From the human T2T-CHM13v2.0 reference genome, Homo sapiens: a stretch of DNA of 64,000 nt. The translations under genes and the position numbers were made by a program. The notes under the pieces were generated by a model that had not been told where the DNA came from, did not search any database, and worked only from the letters and a program-made list of their open reading frames with translations. This document shows, in pieces, positions 61,946-64,000 of this stretch. The stretch lies in assembly GCF_009914755.1 (NCBI RefSeq), contig NC_060929.1; one strand, 5' to 3'. Numbering within the stretch: position 1 is the stretch's first letter; each line of letters starts with the position of its first letter.

Positions 61946-62602
61946 AACAAAACTTGGTGTAATATTTTATAAAAGCAAAAGATTTTTCTTTAAGCTTTCT
62001 TGCCAGATGGTTGGTCTCATTCTTTTTTCAGCACCTTAACTATTGCCACTTTAATACTCTATAATATATACAGTATAATGATACCATAGATTACAATGTT
62101 GAATTACTGGTTCATCATATATTTTTGTTTAAGAGTTAGACGAAGGGAGAGAAGTACCTTAACCCTTTAAATCTACTAGTTTTGCACCATTTACCTAAGA
62201 ATTCTACAGCGGGATTTGGATATAAATCCAGCCAACAAGGTAGTACCTTATTTCTTAAACAAGGAAAAAAAAGAAAAAAAATTATGTACTTAAATATTGA
62301 AATTAAGGACTCACCCAAAATAACCATATACATCTAAAAATAATCCTAATTTTTAATACAAAGTATAATTTTTATAGACCAACACTTTGCCAATCTCACA
62401 CTATTTAAAAAAGGATTTAAAAAGAATTTAAAAATTTAAAAGAGAATTTTAAAAATCACCTTTATGTACTAAAATTTTAAAGCTTTATATATTTAAAATT
62501 TTTAAATCTTAACTCACATTTAAATACAGAGTTTTCTTTCAGTTCCATGATACAAAAAAAAAAAAATAGTTGATGAGTACATCAATTAGTATATATACAT
62601 AC

Positions 62603-62768
62603 TTCCCATCTGGAGAGGGTACTTATAAACTCCATTTTCAAGTGTTTCAAGCAGCTAAGCACCTTGTCACTCTGACAACTAAACCTGTATCCACTATGGG
62701 AAGAATAGCCAAAAGATCATGCAAAGTGAAATTCCCCGCTGGACGTATTCGATCTGATCTGAGACGGC
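62603..62768 (-). pseudogene. NT5ELP: Disabled exon of a 5'-nucleotidase (C-terminal domain), probably NT5ELP, ortholog of mouse Nt5el
   Basis: ttttttctcttaaattgctgtag|GC...GGGAA|gtatgt. Repaired translation GRLRSDRIRPAGNFTLHDLLAILPIVDTGLVVRVT/GA*LLETLENGVYKYP/DG. Symbol assigned from recalled synteny with Rnf180. Confidence 0.8.
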
Positions 62769-63576
62769 CTACAGCAATTTAAGAGAAAAAAATACGTATT
62801 TTAATATTTTCCATAAAATATCACCTTTATGACTCAATACTATGTTCAAAACTACAGTTATACACTACATTGCCAAAATTTCCTAATTATTTCTCCAATC
62901 CTTTCTCCACATTTACTTCCATCTTAATCATGTGATTATATCTAACCTATTCCTTTTTAGAAGATGTGATTTTATGTTAGCTACCATTTTCTCTTTACAG
63001 AATATTCCAACTGAAAAACTACTATTTCTACTCTGGCTTTCAGACAGGCTCATGCCAAAGCCAAGATGTTCTATTTTTAAAGATCTCCAAAGAAAGGAAT
63101 TCCAGAAACTTCCTAAGTAAACAATACGAAAGCTTTACAAATTTCACTCTTAGGAAATTTTTCTATAAACTAACTTAATTATCCATGTGGAAGATTAAGA
63201 TCACTTGTATTTTCAGTGAAAATGGCATTATAAGAAGTTTGTTGTTAGGATGTTACATGATGCAACATTCCACATTTTTTAAATAATCAGTAACCTTGTC
63301 ACAGCATCTAAAGCTCTGGATTATGGCACATGAATCAAGGTTGCTTTCAACAAAAGACTTGGTTTTAATTTTCTATTCTCTACAGAGATTCTTAATACTT
63401 TATAACCCTAGCTAGGACAACTTCAGATGATTACAGTAGTACACAAAAATACTAAGATTAAGGAGGAGTCTCCCCATTCACCCTACAAGATTTCTCTTAT
63501 CAGTTCCTCTTATTGCACAGGTAAGAAAAGAAAACTGGTAAAAGAGCAAGAACCTAAATAAAAGATTTTCAGGCAA

Positions 63577-64000
63577 TATAGGGAAGAGACTCAGTCCTGA
63601 AAGAGAAGTGACATGGTAACCAAGGGCCTGATGGGCCTTACGTGTCCAAGCATATTCCCTCTCCTACCTTTTTTCCTCCCTTAACAAGCTTATTCATGTC
63701 ACATAGCAGGAAAGGGGACCTTGTCTAACTTAGCTGACCAGGCTGAATTCCTAATTATAAAAGGAAGAACCTAACCATTTATCTCTTTGAGTCATGCCCT
63801 CCAAGGTCACTGAAATAAGACTGTAGCATTCCTGATGAGAACCTGACCAGATCCAGTGGCTGAAGACAAGATGGACTCCAGCACTGATATTTTACTGACT
63901 TTTTCCTCATTATAATCTCATTGTAATACTAAAATCTCTGCTCAAGATGGGGCATATCCAACACTTTCTGGTCATGTGATGCATGTTAAAGCATGATGTC
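63577..64000 (+). mobile_element. ERV1 (MER4-group) LTR, cut by the window end
   Basis: Abrupt GC rise. cattcctgat...ctgaccagatcc...aagatggactcc...taatactaaaatc motifs. Subfamily unsure. Confidence 0.55.

Noticed and set aside
62570-62782. 70-aa plus-strand ORF
   Set aside because: Antisense shadow of the nucleotidase pseudo-exon.

Overview
Primate (very likely human chr5q12.3) genomic DNA: AT-rich, CpG-poor and dominated by LINE-1, with Alu, ERVL/MaLR/ERV1 LTRs and MER DNA-transposon relics. The only intact coding sequence I can support is the terminal exon of RNF180 (+, 27718-27917, C-terminal membrane anchor) with a ~3 kb 3'UTR, so 1-27717 is its last intron. On the minus strand at 62603-62768 there is a splice-site-bounded, frameshifted exon of a 5'-nucleotidase C-terminal domain that the ORF track misses. 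It is probably part of the unitary pseudogene NT5ELP (mouse Nt5el). Most other ORFs in the track are L1, Alu or ERV fragments, or chance. I see no convincing new biological system. The notable signals are this dead gene and several readable rearrangement or retrotransposition scars: a template-switch duplication, an L1 3' transduction, a twin-primed L1, an inverted ERVL, a tailless 5S retrocopy and a close inverted Alu pair. Repeat subfamily names and old-repeat boundaries come from recalled consensus sequences and are approximate.
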